A stretch of 45,537 nt of DNA from a virus (taxonomy: Duplodnaviria > Caudoviricetes): IMG/VR virus record IMGVR_UViG_3300012987_000002, positions 1 to 45,537 of that record; one strand, 5' to 3'. This document shows, one piece after another, positions 25,498 through 32,623 of this stretch. How positions within the stretch are numbered: the first letter of the stretch is position 1; each line of letters opens with the position of its first letter. The notes under the pieces were generated by a model, which worked only from the letters and a program-made list of their open reading frames with translations, was not told the origin of the DNA and ran no database searches. A program made the translations under genes and the position numbers.

Positions 25498-25530
25498 AGG
25501 GCCCCGGGCGTGAACCCGGGGCCTTTCGGT
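25498..25530. terminator. Terminator between convergent genes
   Basis: GGCCCCGGG-CGTGAA-CCCGGGGCC followed by TTT. Confidence 0.75.
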
Positions 25531-25533
25531 TGC

Positions 25534-25896
25534 TCAGGCCAGCCTGAAGTCCTTGAGGTCGTACGAGTAGAGAATCATGGCGATACCTCTAGATGTTTCC
25601 GCCATGGCCACCCGGCCACTGCTTCGAACTTCCCTGACGGCCAGGACGGTGATTACCTGTCCGTTGTGCTTGTCGACGTAGTTCTTTCCCTCTTCGAAGA
25701 AGGGCTCGGGGATCTCATCGAGCTTGGCGAAGTCACCCCCATTGGCCGTATAGAGGTGAGCGAGAGTGGTAACAACTCCACGGCCGTGGTCCTTGACCCA
25801 GTAGTACGCGTGGGTGCCAATCATCTCGACAGCCAGAATCTCCTGGATGTCTCCGGACCCATCGAGCCGCTTGTCTCCGACCTTGAATCTGGACAC
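25534..25896 (-). CDS. Hypothetical protein (starts VSRFKVGD)
   Basis: GTG overlaps the upstream TAG; the ORF-track extension overlaps the upstream gene. Confidence 0.6.
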   Translation of the reverse strand: MSRFKVGDKRLDGSGDIQEILAVEMIGTHAYYWVKDHGRGVVTTLAHLYTANGGDFAKLDEIPEPFFEEGKNYVDKHNGQVITVLAVREVRSSGRVAMAETSRGIAMILYSYDLKDFRLA

Positions 25897-26402
25897 TAGC
25901 CTTCCCTCCTGTAGTACTTGCTCATGTTCTCGTTGCTGTCCGGCTGAATCTGCCCGTTGTGCAGGTTCTCCAGCAGAACGCACTTGTTCCCGACGGCGAC
26001 GATCTTTCCGCGATAGTACCTCTGACCGCGAGATACCACGTCCCCGATCGACCAGTCCGGGTTCTTTGTAAACCCAAGGGGGTCGGATCGCGAACTCTCC
26101 GTATATTTCCAGAAAGGATCGTCGGTCTTCCCTAGACTCCCAAACCGACAGTCCTGGGACACTATCCATGCCAGATCTCCTTCCTGCCAGGCCACATAGT
26201 GCACCTTGGTGGTGAACGGAGACTTGAAGACCGTTCCCTGATGAGGGAACGGTGTGCCATCCTTGATTCCTTCGGTCAACATGTCGTGAAAGCTGTTCAC
26301 GATGCGCTGAGAGAACTTGTCAAGGCTTTCTTCTGCCTCCGCCCCTTTGTCGATCATGGCGGAGAGCCACTGGGCCTGCTTGGTCCTACTGGGAAGCGTC
26401 AA
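25896..26402 (-). CDS. Hypothetical early protein
   Basis: 168-aa ORF within the operon. Confidence 0.65.
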   Translation of the reverse strand: MTLPSRTKQAQWLSAMIDKGAEAEESLDKFSQRIVNSFHDMLTEGIKDGTPFPHQGTVFKSPFTTKVHYVAWQEGDLAWIVSQDCRFGSLGKTDDPFWKYTESSRSDPLGFTKNPDWSIGDVVSRGQRYYRGKIVAVGNKCVLLENLHNGQIQPDSNENMSKYYRREG

Positions 26403-26625
26403 GAACCTCTGTCTCCAGACTGATGACGGACTCGGCTCGGTAGACCTGAACGATGGACGTAGTCACACGGTTCACGTAGAACTCGACACCGGGCTTGCCG
26501 GTGGCGAAGATCCTCGCCTGCTCCTGGGCGTTCTCCAGGACCGCGTAGGGGCCGTCAAGGGCATCCTCGGGGTTGCTGGAGGGGTTCTCGGAGCTGTCGA
26601 TGTAGTACTTGTAGTTGCTGGTCAT
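26386..26625 (-). CDS. Hypothetical early protein (MTSNYKYY...)
   Basis: RBS AAAGGA before ATG 26625. Confidence 0.65.
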   Translation of the reverse strand: MTSNYKYYIDSSENPSSNPEDALDGPYAVLENAQEQARIFATGKPGVEFYVNRVTTSIVQVYRAESVISLETEVLDASQ

Positions 26626-26713
26626 CTGATTCCTTTCGTGATGAGGCCACAGGCCACCCAGGGGAGAGAGTTCCTGGGTGACTTGAAGCCCCACCCTTCC
26701 GGGTGGGGGTGGA

Positions 26714-27088
26714 TCAGTTGGTCAGGTTGGCGGCCGCAACGCCGTACTTGAGGGAATCGCCCCAGGTCTCTTCAGTGTCCTGGCGAAACTGAACCGCCCG
26801 CATGAAGACCATGGCCTTCCGGTCGAAGGTTGCCTTGCCTTCATCGCGAAGGTAGGTCAGGAAGTGGCCGATGATCGACTGATTCCATCCATTGGCGAGG
26901 AAGTCCTCAGCCGTCAGGGATGTGTTCTCGTACAGAGCACGTCCGATCAGGCAGGAAGGCTGATTCTCTTCAACGTCCCAGTACGAGCAGCTTACGGCAT
27001 CACCGGGCGGCTGGTACACGTAGTCTTCATTGCCCTTGACTACGTCAGAGACCCATCGATACGCATCCTCGTACGAAATGTGGAACAT
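26714..27088 (-). CDS. Early protein, paralogue of 29510..29920
   Basis: DYVY..C.Y..PSCLIG..QD...TWG; RBS AAGGAGAGAG. Confidence 0.75.
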   Translation of the reverse strand: MFHISYEDAYRWVSDVVKGNEDYVYQPPGDAVSCSYWDVEENQPSCLIGRALYENTSLTAEDFLANGWNQSIIGHFLTYLRDEGKATFDRKAMVFMRAVQFRQDTEETWGDSLKYGVAAANLTN

Positions 27089-27240
27089 GTCTCTCTCCTT
27101 TGCTTCCGTCCACGATGGGCGGAGAGGGATGTACGGATGAAGTCCTTGTCATCATAGCCCTGCGTGGCTAGACAGGCGCCTACTTATGTTTCGGCGATCC
27201 GTACATCCTTCGCCGCCCACCCCGAAGGGTGGGCAGTTCC

Positions 27241-27639
27241 TTACAGCTGGTGGCACTTCTTCACCATGTGGTCATGGAGCGCCTTTACCTCACCGCGAGG
27301 TGCGATCTCCACGAACTCTTCACTGCCTTCTACGACCTTCCCGCCCTCCAGCACGTCCGAAAGGGAGCCGTGGCCGACCTGAACAATTCGGGAACAGGCC
27401 TTGGCCTCCATCTTGTCCAGAAGCTTGCGAGCCCTGTCCTCGACGTTGAGGCCCATGATTTGCCCCAGGGCGATCAGCTCAGCCTCCTGCTGAAGCTCCT
27501 TGTCCCCACCTACCCGGAACTCCAGGCAAGTGTAGACCGCCCACTCTCCTACATACGTGATGTAGAAGGGGTCGGTGGAGTCATCAACAGACGCGTCATG
27601 CCGGAAGTGGACCGGGCAGGACTCGTAGCTGTTGCACAT
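27241..27639 (-). CDS. Hypothetical early protein
   Basis: RBS AAGGAGAGAG. Confidence 0.7.
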   Translation of the reverse strand: MCNSYESCPVHFRHDASVDDSTDPFYITYVGEWAVYTCLEFRVGGDKELQQEAELIALGQIMGLNVEDRARKLLDKMEAKACSRIVQVGHGSLSDVLEGGKVVEGSEEFVEIAPRGEVKALHDHMVKKCHQL

Positions 27640-27659
27640 ATCTCTCTCCTTTGATTCAT

Positions 27660-27726
27660 CAGCACCTATGTCTGTGATGCTGCCACAACGTCCCGCTTTG
27701 CGGCGGGGCGCTCTGGTTAGTCACAG
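27660..27726 (-). ncRNA. Early-region RNA motif, copy E0
   Basis: CTGTGA-CTAA-CCA-GAGC[stem]GTTG-TGG-CAGCA-TCACAG-acatagg-TGCTG. Confidence 0.75.
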
Positions 27727-27858
27727 CTAGCTTCCCCACGATCTGGCTTTGACCCGACCGCACTTGATGCAGACTCTCGCCTGCACGGTCATGATCTTAT
27801 CGCGCCTGGTGCGTACAGTCACCTCGCGATACTTGTTCCACTTATGGATGAGGTGCAT
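27727..27858 (-). CDS. 43-aa microprotein (MHLIHKW...CIKCG...)
   Basis: TAATG coupling; H..H..CxxC. Confidence 0.6.
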   Translation of the reverse strand: MHLIHKWNKYREVTVRTRRDKIMTVQARVCIKCGRVKARSWGS

Positions 27859-27928
27859 TACACGCTCTCATCCTTCAGTTCTTCATCGAGCACGATCGTC
27901 TCACCCATGTCGGTGTCGTCTTCCATGA

Positions 27929-28144
27929 CTACGCCTCTTCCATGAATACGGTGAAGATGCCCCAGGCCTTGTCCCAGTTGACTGCCAGCCACGTGCCGTC
28001 CAGGGCGGGCCGAAGCTCCACGAACCCATTGAGTTCGTCGATCTCTTCGAGATCCCAGGGATATCCGTCCCAGAGGTCAGTGATCTGCTTGCCACTGCCA
28101 GCCTTGGAATACTTGTACGGCGTGGCCGAACTGGTGAACTTCAT
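27929..28144 (-). CDS. Hypothetical early protein
   Basis: RBS AAGGAGAGAG. Confidence 0.7.
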   Translation of the reverse strand: MKFTSSATPYKYSKAGSGKQITDLWDGYPWDLEEIDELNGFVELRPALDGTWLAVNWDKAWGIFTVFMEEA

Positions 28145-28166
28145 GATTCTCTCTCCTTTGATTGAC

Positions 28167-28231
28167 CGGCACCGAGATGCCGCGACAACCTAGGGGCCCT
28201 TTCGGGCCCCGTAGGCTCTCACTGGTCTCGG
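28167..28231 (-). ncRNA. Early-region RNA motif, copy E1
   Basis: CCGAGA-CCAG-TGA-GAGC[stem GAAA]GTTG-TCG-CGGCA-TCTCGG-TGCCG. Confidence 0.78.
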
Positions 28232-28270
28232 AGGACCTTCTTCATGTGCAGAAGTGAGTGATGAGATACA

Positions 28271-28636
28271 TCACAGCTGCGCCTGGATGATGTCAGCAAT
28301 ATCGCCGAAGCCGAATCCGTTGTCATTCAGATCCGACAGGTACTCGTTCGGATCGGACATGTGGGGATTGCCTGATGGGAGCCCAAGCCTGCGAGCCAGG
28401 GCGTAAGGCAAGTGCCCGGTCATCCAGGCACTCTCTGCCCAAACGCCATCACTGACGTACGGGTCGTCGTAGGCGAAGGCATCGCCCACCCACTCACCCA
28501 TTCCCCAGTCGGCGGCAATGTCGCATGCCACCCCGAGGCAGCAGTACTTGTTTTCGCTCCTGAGCTGGCCCTGCCCCTGCACATAGTCTCCTGAGCGCAG
28601 GCGCTTGATCCATTCAGTCTTGAACGCCTCGTCCAT
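28271..28636 (-). CDS. Hypothetical early protein (W..LRSG.Y.QG...CCLGV family)
   Basis: WIKRLRSGDYVQG..YCCLGVAC..LNDNGFGFGDIADII; RBS AAGGAGAGAG. Confidence 0.75.
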   Translation of the reverse strand: MDEAFKTEWIKRLRSGDYVQGQGQLRSENKYCCLGVACDIAADWGMGEWVGDAFAYDDPYVSDGVWAESAWMTGHLPYALARRLGLPSGNPHMSDPNEYLSDLNDNGFGFGDIADIIQAQL

Positions 28637-28655
28637 TTCTCTCTCCTTTGTCCAT

Positions 28656-28720
28656 CAGCACTGAAGTGCTGGCACAACCCAGGGCCCCCGAAGGGGCCCG
28701 TGAGCTCTGCGTAGCTTCAG
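28656..28720 (-). ncRNA. Early-region RNA motif, copy E2
   Basis: CTGAAG-CTAC-GCA-GAGC[stem UUCG]GTTG-TGC-CAGCA-CTTCAG-TGCTG. Confidence 0.8.
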
Positions 28721-28778
28721 GTTCTGTACAGGTAGCCGATCATCCATACCAAGCCGACCAGTCCAAGCAGGATCATGG

Positions 28779-28931
28779 TCAGCCCTTCACGTGAGCACCG
28801 GATGCCGTGCCACTACCGAAGACCGTCATGGACTTGCGGGGCCTGGAGTTCCGGTTCTCGACCGACCGAAGCCACATCAGCGTCCGGTATCCCCGGCGCC
28901 GTGCGGAATTGACGGTGTGGTTCTTGTTCAT
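28779..28931 (-). CDS. 50-aa basic protein (MNKNHTVNSARRR...)
   Basis: RBS GGGAG; ATGA coupling. Confidence 0.55.
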   Translation of the reverse strand: MNKNHTVNSARRRGYRTLMWLRSVENRNSRPRKSMTVFGSGTASGAHVKG

Positions 28932-29245
28932 GATGTCTCCCAGATCGTGAATGCATAGCGCTGTCCGTGCAGAGTGCTGTCGCATCCTTCACAGGCAGTC
29001 ATGGAGTAGTCCCGCGTTTCGCAGTCGCACTCGGACTCGATCTCCTGAAGAGGCTCGTAGTCGCTGCACTCATGCCTGCTGGACAGCATTCCCTTGGTGA
29101 TGCGGTATTTGGCAGCTTCCCAGAGAATCCATTGTTCCCTGTCGTGCCCAGGGTCTGTGTGACAGTCTCCACATTCACCATTCATGTGGTGAAGCATGCA
29201 GTTGTCACACACCCAGACGGTGTAGCTGTCGCCCTTGCTCATCAC
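28928..29245 (-). CDS. Cys-rich early protein
   Basis: CDNC, CGDC, CDC and CEGC motifs. Confidence 0.7.
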   Translation of the reverse strand: MMSKGDSYTVWVCDNCMLHHMNGECGDCHTDPGHDREQWILWEAAKYRITKGMLSSRHECSDYEPLQEIESECDCETRDYSMTACEGCDSTLHGQRYAFTIWETS

Positions 29246-29415
29246 TCGCCTCCGCCAACAGCCATCTCGATGTCCCAGTCATCCAGGTAGAGAGTGCCAT
29301 TGCCGTCGGTGCGCTTGGCCTTCCAGCAGCCGTACATGGGTGATGTGATCTCGACCTCATAGCCATTGACCATCAGTCGCGTGCCCACGTAGTCCTTGTC
29401 GCCATCCTCAATCAT
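29242..29415 (-). CDS. 57-aa protein (MIEDGDKDYVG...)
   Basis: RBS AAGGAGAGAG; coupled downstream. Confidence 0.7.
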   Translation of the reverse strand: MIEDGDKDYVGTRLMVNGYEVEITSPMYGCWKAKRTDGNGTLYLDDWDIEMAVGGGE

Positions 29416-29433
29416 TCTCTCTCCTTGTTCATT

Positions 29434-29489
29434 CGGCTGTAGTGCCGTCTCAACGGCCCTCCGAAGAGGGCCGCTCAGCCTGGCTACAG
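29434..29489 (-). ncRNA. Early-region RNA motif, copy E3
   Basis: CTGTAG-CCAG-GCT-GAGC[stem UUCG]GTTG-AGA-CGGCA-CTACAG-CCG. Confidence 0.78.
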
Positions 29490-29509
29490 TCAGGGCCTGT
29501 GGGCCCCTG

Positions 29510-29920
29510 TCAGTTGCCTCCCTTTTCCACCCAGTCCGCTGCCTGACTCACCGCATTAGCCCAGGTGGTGCCTACATCCTGGCGGGCCTGAGCGAATTGC
29601 AGGAACTCGTCGGCCTTTCCGGGAATGTCGGCCAGGATGCCGTACTCCTTCAGGCCCGTGATGAGCTGATGGGCATCCTCACCCTCGAAGTCCTTCATGA
29701 CTCCCAGGGGAACCCCTGCCGAATGCAGCAGCGTGCCGACGAGGCAGCCGGGAACGCTGGCCTCACCATTGTTGTGCACGTACAGGCACTGCTGGTTGTA
29801 CCCATCATCTGCGGGCTCACCATCAGGCGTGACGTACACGTAGTCAGGGCCCACGGTCTCGACCAGTGCCTGAGCGCTGGCGAGAAGGGCATCGTACTGA
29901 AGCTTGATCGGCTCGTTCAT
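29510..29920 (-). CDS. Early protein, paralogue of 26714..27088
   Basis: Start MNEPIK with RBS AAGGAGAGAG; DYVY..CLY..PGCLVG..QD..TW. Confidence 0.75.
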   Translation of the reverse strand: MNEPIKLQYDALLASAQALVETVGPDYVYVTPDGEPADDGYNQQCLYVHNNGEASVPGCLVGTLLHSAGVPLGVMKDFEGEDAHQLITGLKEYGILADIPGKADEFLQFAQARQDVGTTWANAVSQAADWVEKGGN

Positions 29921-29936
29921 TTCTCTCTCCTTGTGT

Positions 29937-29990
29937 CGGCTGTGATGCCGTCTCAACGCTCCCTTCCGGGAGCGCTCAGAGTGGTCACAG
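29937..29990 (-). ncRNA. Early-region RNA motif, copy E4
   Basis: CTGTGA-CCAC-TCT-GAGC[stem GGAA]GTTG-AGA-CGGCA-TCACAG-CCG. Confidence 0.78.
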
Positions 29991-30203
29991 ACTGAAGTGA
30001 TGCCGGATGTGCCATTGACTCTTGGGGCCCGTGGTGTCCATGCACTGAATGTACGTGGCCTTGTGTGCGCCATTCAGCCACAGAGTGAACATGAATCGCC
30101 TGGCATTGATCCAGCGAAACCAGGTGACAGTGGAACCGGCATTGGGCTTCCATCCTTCAGAGGGGAAGTTGTGGCCGGTCCAGTCCTGGCGTTGATCAAT
30201 CAT
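29985..30203 (-). CDS. Hypothetical early protein (MIDQRQDW...)
   Basis: RBS AAGGAGAGAG before ATG 30203. Confidence 0.7.
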   Translation of the reverse strand: MIDQRQDWTGHNFPSEGWKPNAGSTVTWFRWINARRFMFTLWLNGAHKATYIQCMDTTGPKSQWHIRHHFSL

Positions 30204-30224
30204 GGTCTCTCTCCTTGGTTCAGT

Positions 30225-30293
30225 CAGCACTGAGGTGCTGCTACAACCAAGGAGCGCCCCGAAAGGCGCTCCGTTGGCTCTAGGTAGCCTCAG
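30225..30293 (-). ncRNA. Early-region RNA motif, copy E5
   Basis: CTGAGG-CTAC-CTA-GAGC[stem]GTTG-TAG-CAGCA-CCTCAG-TGCTG. Confidence 0.8.
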
Positions 30294-30502
30294 TAGATGT
30301 ACTCGCTCTGGTAGTACCAGACTTCCCATTCGTTCATGTCGGGAAGCCAGACGGTCACCAGGCACTCATCCTCACGATCCTGGAGGATGGTAATCTGATC
30401 CGGCGTGGCGACAAAGCGAGTAGCTTCCAGAAAGTCTGAGAGCTTCAGGTTGCCTACACCGATGGGCTGTGGATCGTCACCCATAATTACCTTGTTCAGC
30501 AT
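30290..30502 (-). CDS. Hypothetical early protein (MLNKVIMG...)
   Basis: RBS AAGGAG before ATG 30502. Confidence 0.7.
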   Translation of the reverse strand: MLNKVIMGDDPQPIGVGNLKLSDFLEATRFVATPDQITILQDREDECLVTVWLPDMNEWEVWYYQSEYIY

Positions 30503-30708
30503 GACCGCTCCTTGGTCCAGTGACGAATGTCCATCGATGACACCATTCCGCCCCGCAGGGCGTTGATCGAGTGAGTCTCGCAGACTTCCACCCAGGTGAC
30601 ACTGTCGAACTTCTCGCCCTGGAAGGAGTGGACCCAGTAGGCCTCCAGGCTCCTCTTGGAGCACTGCCTGCCAGCTCTGGTTTCAGCTATGCACTGTCCA
30701 TCCCACAC
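30496..30708 (-). CDS. Hypothetical early protein (C..C..C..H)
   Basis: RBS AAGGAGAGAG. Confidence 0.65.
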   Translation of the reverse strand: MWDGQCIAETRAGRQCSKRSLEAYWVHSFQGEKFDSVTWVEVCETHSINALRGGMVSSMDIRHWTKERSC

Positions 30709-30720
30709 GTTCTCTCTCCT

Positions 30721-30876
30721 TCAGTCTTCAGTGTGGTCTTCGCCGTCCAGATGCCAGTCTGCGCATTTAGTGCAGAACGGCACTCCGTCGTAGTCGCACT
30801 CAAGTGCAATGTCTCGCACGTGTTGCTCTACGTACTGGGGACGCTTCTTCATGAACTGAAGAATCTGATCTTCCAC
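30721..30876 (-). CDS. First early gene, 51 aa (C..CxxC..H)
   Basis: GTG 30876 with RBS AAGGAGAGAG. Confidence 0.65.
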   Translation of the reverse strand: MEDQILQFMKKRPQYVEQHVRDIALECDYDGVPFCTKCADWHLDGEDHTED

Positions 30877-30889
30877 ACTCTCTCCTTCA

Positions 30890-31605
30890 GTCTCTGCGTA
30901 CACATCGTGTACGCATTGGGCGGAGGATAGGCATAACACTCAAAAGAGCTGTCTACCCACCACCCTGATGCCCATCCAGACCACGAATGACCTGGCAGGC
31001 ATCAAGTAGGAGAGCCAGCCCCCCGTAAGGGGCTGGCGATAGGGCTGTGAGGCCCTATCGAGAGAGAAGGCATACGAACCAAGAGCGCCGTAGCTCGACC
31101 CGTAGGGAGCTGTCCTGCGCCTTCCACACGCCCGTTAGGGCGTAGTTGGTCCGAAGTTCGTATGCGACACACTGTTGAGTTCTCAAGGATCGTGGGTTCA
31201 TTCAACGGATTGTGAACGGCTGGTCGCCCATCCTGCCTACTCCCCCACTCAAGGGGGTCTCGCCAGTCTCTGTAAGCCCTGACTGCCTGTTGTAGCTATC
31301 CCCGAAGGGAGTCACCCGGCACGGCACTGACCTCGTATCCGTCTCCTGCCACTACAGCTTGTCCGTGACGCTCTCAATCCTGCCTCCGAGTGTCTGTGTA
31401 CCTACGTGGGCTGTAAGAGCCCCAGGCGAGCACACAGGCCTTCTTCAGGTTCATGTGAGCGTGTAGCCAAGCTGTTCAGTTCTGAAGGAGTCAGTGAGTC
31501 CCTGCACCCGCAAAGGATTCGCCCGGGTTGTTCACTGACTGTCAGCCGCTCGAAGCTTCCGACTGCTTGGCTGGTGTTGCTTGCCTCGCCGTCGTGCTGA
31601 CAACG
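30890..31605 (-). ncRNA. Long structured early leader or candidate ncRNA
   Basis: No RBS-supported ORF; dense nested inverted repeats; contains a boxA-like element. Confidence 0.5.
31172..31189 (-). promoter_or_regulatory. rRNA-leader-type boxA element TCCTTGAGAACTCAACAG
   Basis: Matches, from recall, the conserved actinobacterial rrn leader motif TTGAGAACTCAA. Confidence 0.65.
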
Positions 31606-31640
31606 AGAACTATCCACGTGCCGCCAAGGGCTGTCTACAA
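31605..31640 (-). promoter_or_regulatory. Putative host-sigma early promoter
   Basis: TAGACA-N17-GATAGT on the minus strand, at the head of the early leader. Confidence 0.45.
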
Positions 31641-32219
31641 GCAAACCAGAAGTTTGCCCTGTGGCGGAGAGGGATGCAGGGCCTGACCTGCACTGATGGC
31701 CTCAAAAGATTCTTCAGATTGCTGATGCGAAGGCAGGCCCGTAAGGCCTGCCGTGGGCTTCTGCCCCTTACCATCTGTACGCGCGTCTAGGCTGTATGTC
31801 CGGATAGATCCCCTGGATTCATACGCCTGTATAGCCTGTGTGGGCCGTGGTACAAAGCCTGGTACATAGTCCCCCACCTGCGATTCCATGGCAAACAGGC
31901 ACACAGACCATGGATTCTGTGGGATATCTACAGATCTTCCTGCGTTTACGTATGTATCCGCCGTTCATGGTTGTGAACATCCTACAAAGCTGCGCACATC
32001 TGATGGTGTGGCTGCTCATATGAGCGCTGTACAGTATGTACATGCAGAGGCCTGTATATCTATACATACTGTCCAGTGCTGCACGCATGAGCATGAGCCT
32101 GCTCACCTGAGCATGGGTAGACTGTTCAGTGCTAAGACTCTCGATGTCAAGAGAACTCAGAGTGTCCGAGCTGTGCACTCAGAGTGACCCGGGGATGTTT
32201 AATCCGGGGCGTGTGTGTG

Positions 32220-32503
32220 TGTGTGAGACCCACGACAGATATGACATGTATCACAGTCCACAGAGCCCTAGATCTACGCAGAGTAACCGATAGACTCGGG
32301 TCTTGTGACTCTCTGTAGATAGTTGGTAAAGAGTTGGTAAAGTAATGGAACCAAGCGGTGGGGTGCCGCCTACATCTTATAGTGAGACCTTAAAGATGTA
32401 GATCAAACAGTCTGAACAGTCTGAACAGCCCTAGTAGCTTCGAGCCCCAAGGCGAGGAGCTACAGTATCAATAGAACCTACGGCCACCCTTGAGGGGTGG
32501 CCT
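32220..32503 (+). promoter_or_regulatory. AT-rich control region heading the late operon
   Basis: Short tandem repeats (GTTGGTAAAG x2, AACAGTCTG x2) and motifs shared with 22991..23286. Confidence 0.6.
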
Positions 32504-32623
32504 TGGACATGCATACTTAAGAGCAGTACCGCTAACGCGGAATCATCCTCCGCCATAGACCTAAAGGAGTCGCGCGGATCGTGCTAAGCACAGACTGCGC
32601 AGTTCTTATAAAGGAGAAGGCGG

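Noticed and set aside
27130-27200. Hammerhead-like strings on the minus strand (CGAAAC..GTA..TGATGA)
   Set aside because: Core reads AUGAUGA rather than CUGAUGA, and stem II cannot close
28656-28720. H-type pseudoknot reading of the motif
   Set aside because: In most copies zero nucleotides link P1' to UGCYG, which is sterically implausible; mutually exclusive folds fit better
27660-30293. CRISPR array or simple terminators as explanation of the six repeats
   Set aside because: Copies conserve structure rather than sequence, are separated by whole genes and lack U tracts; no cas genes are present
31002-32187. ORF-track ORFs in the leader and terminus region
   Set aside because: No RBS, atypical composition, and they overlap structured or repetitive DNA
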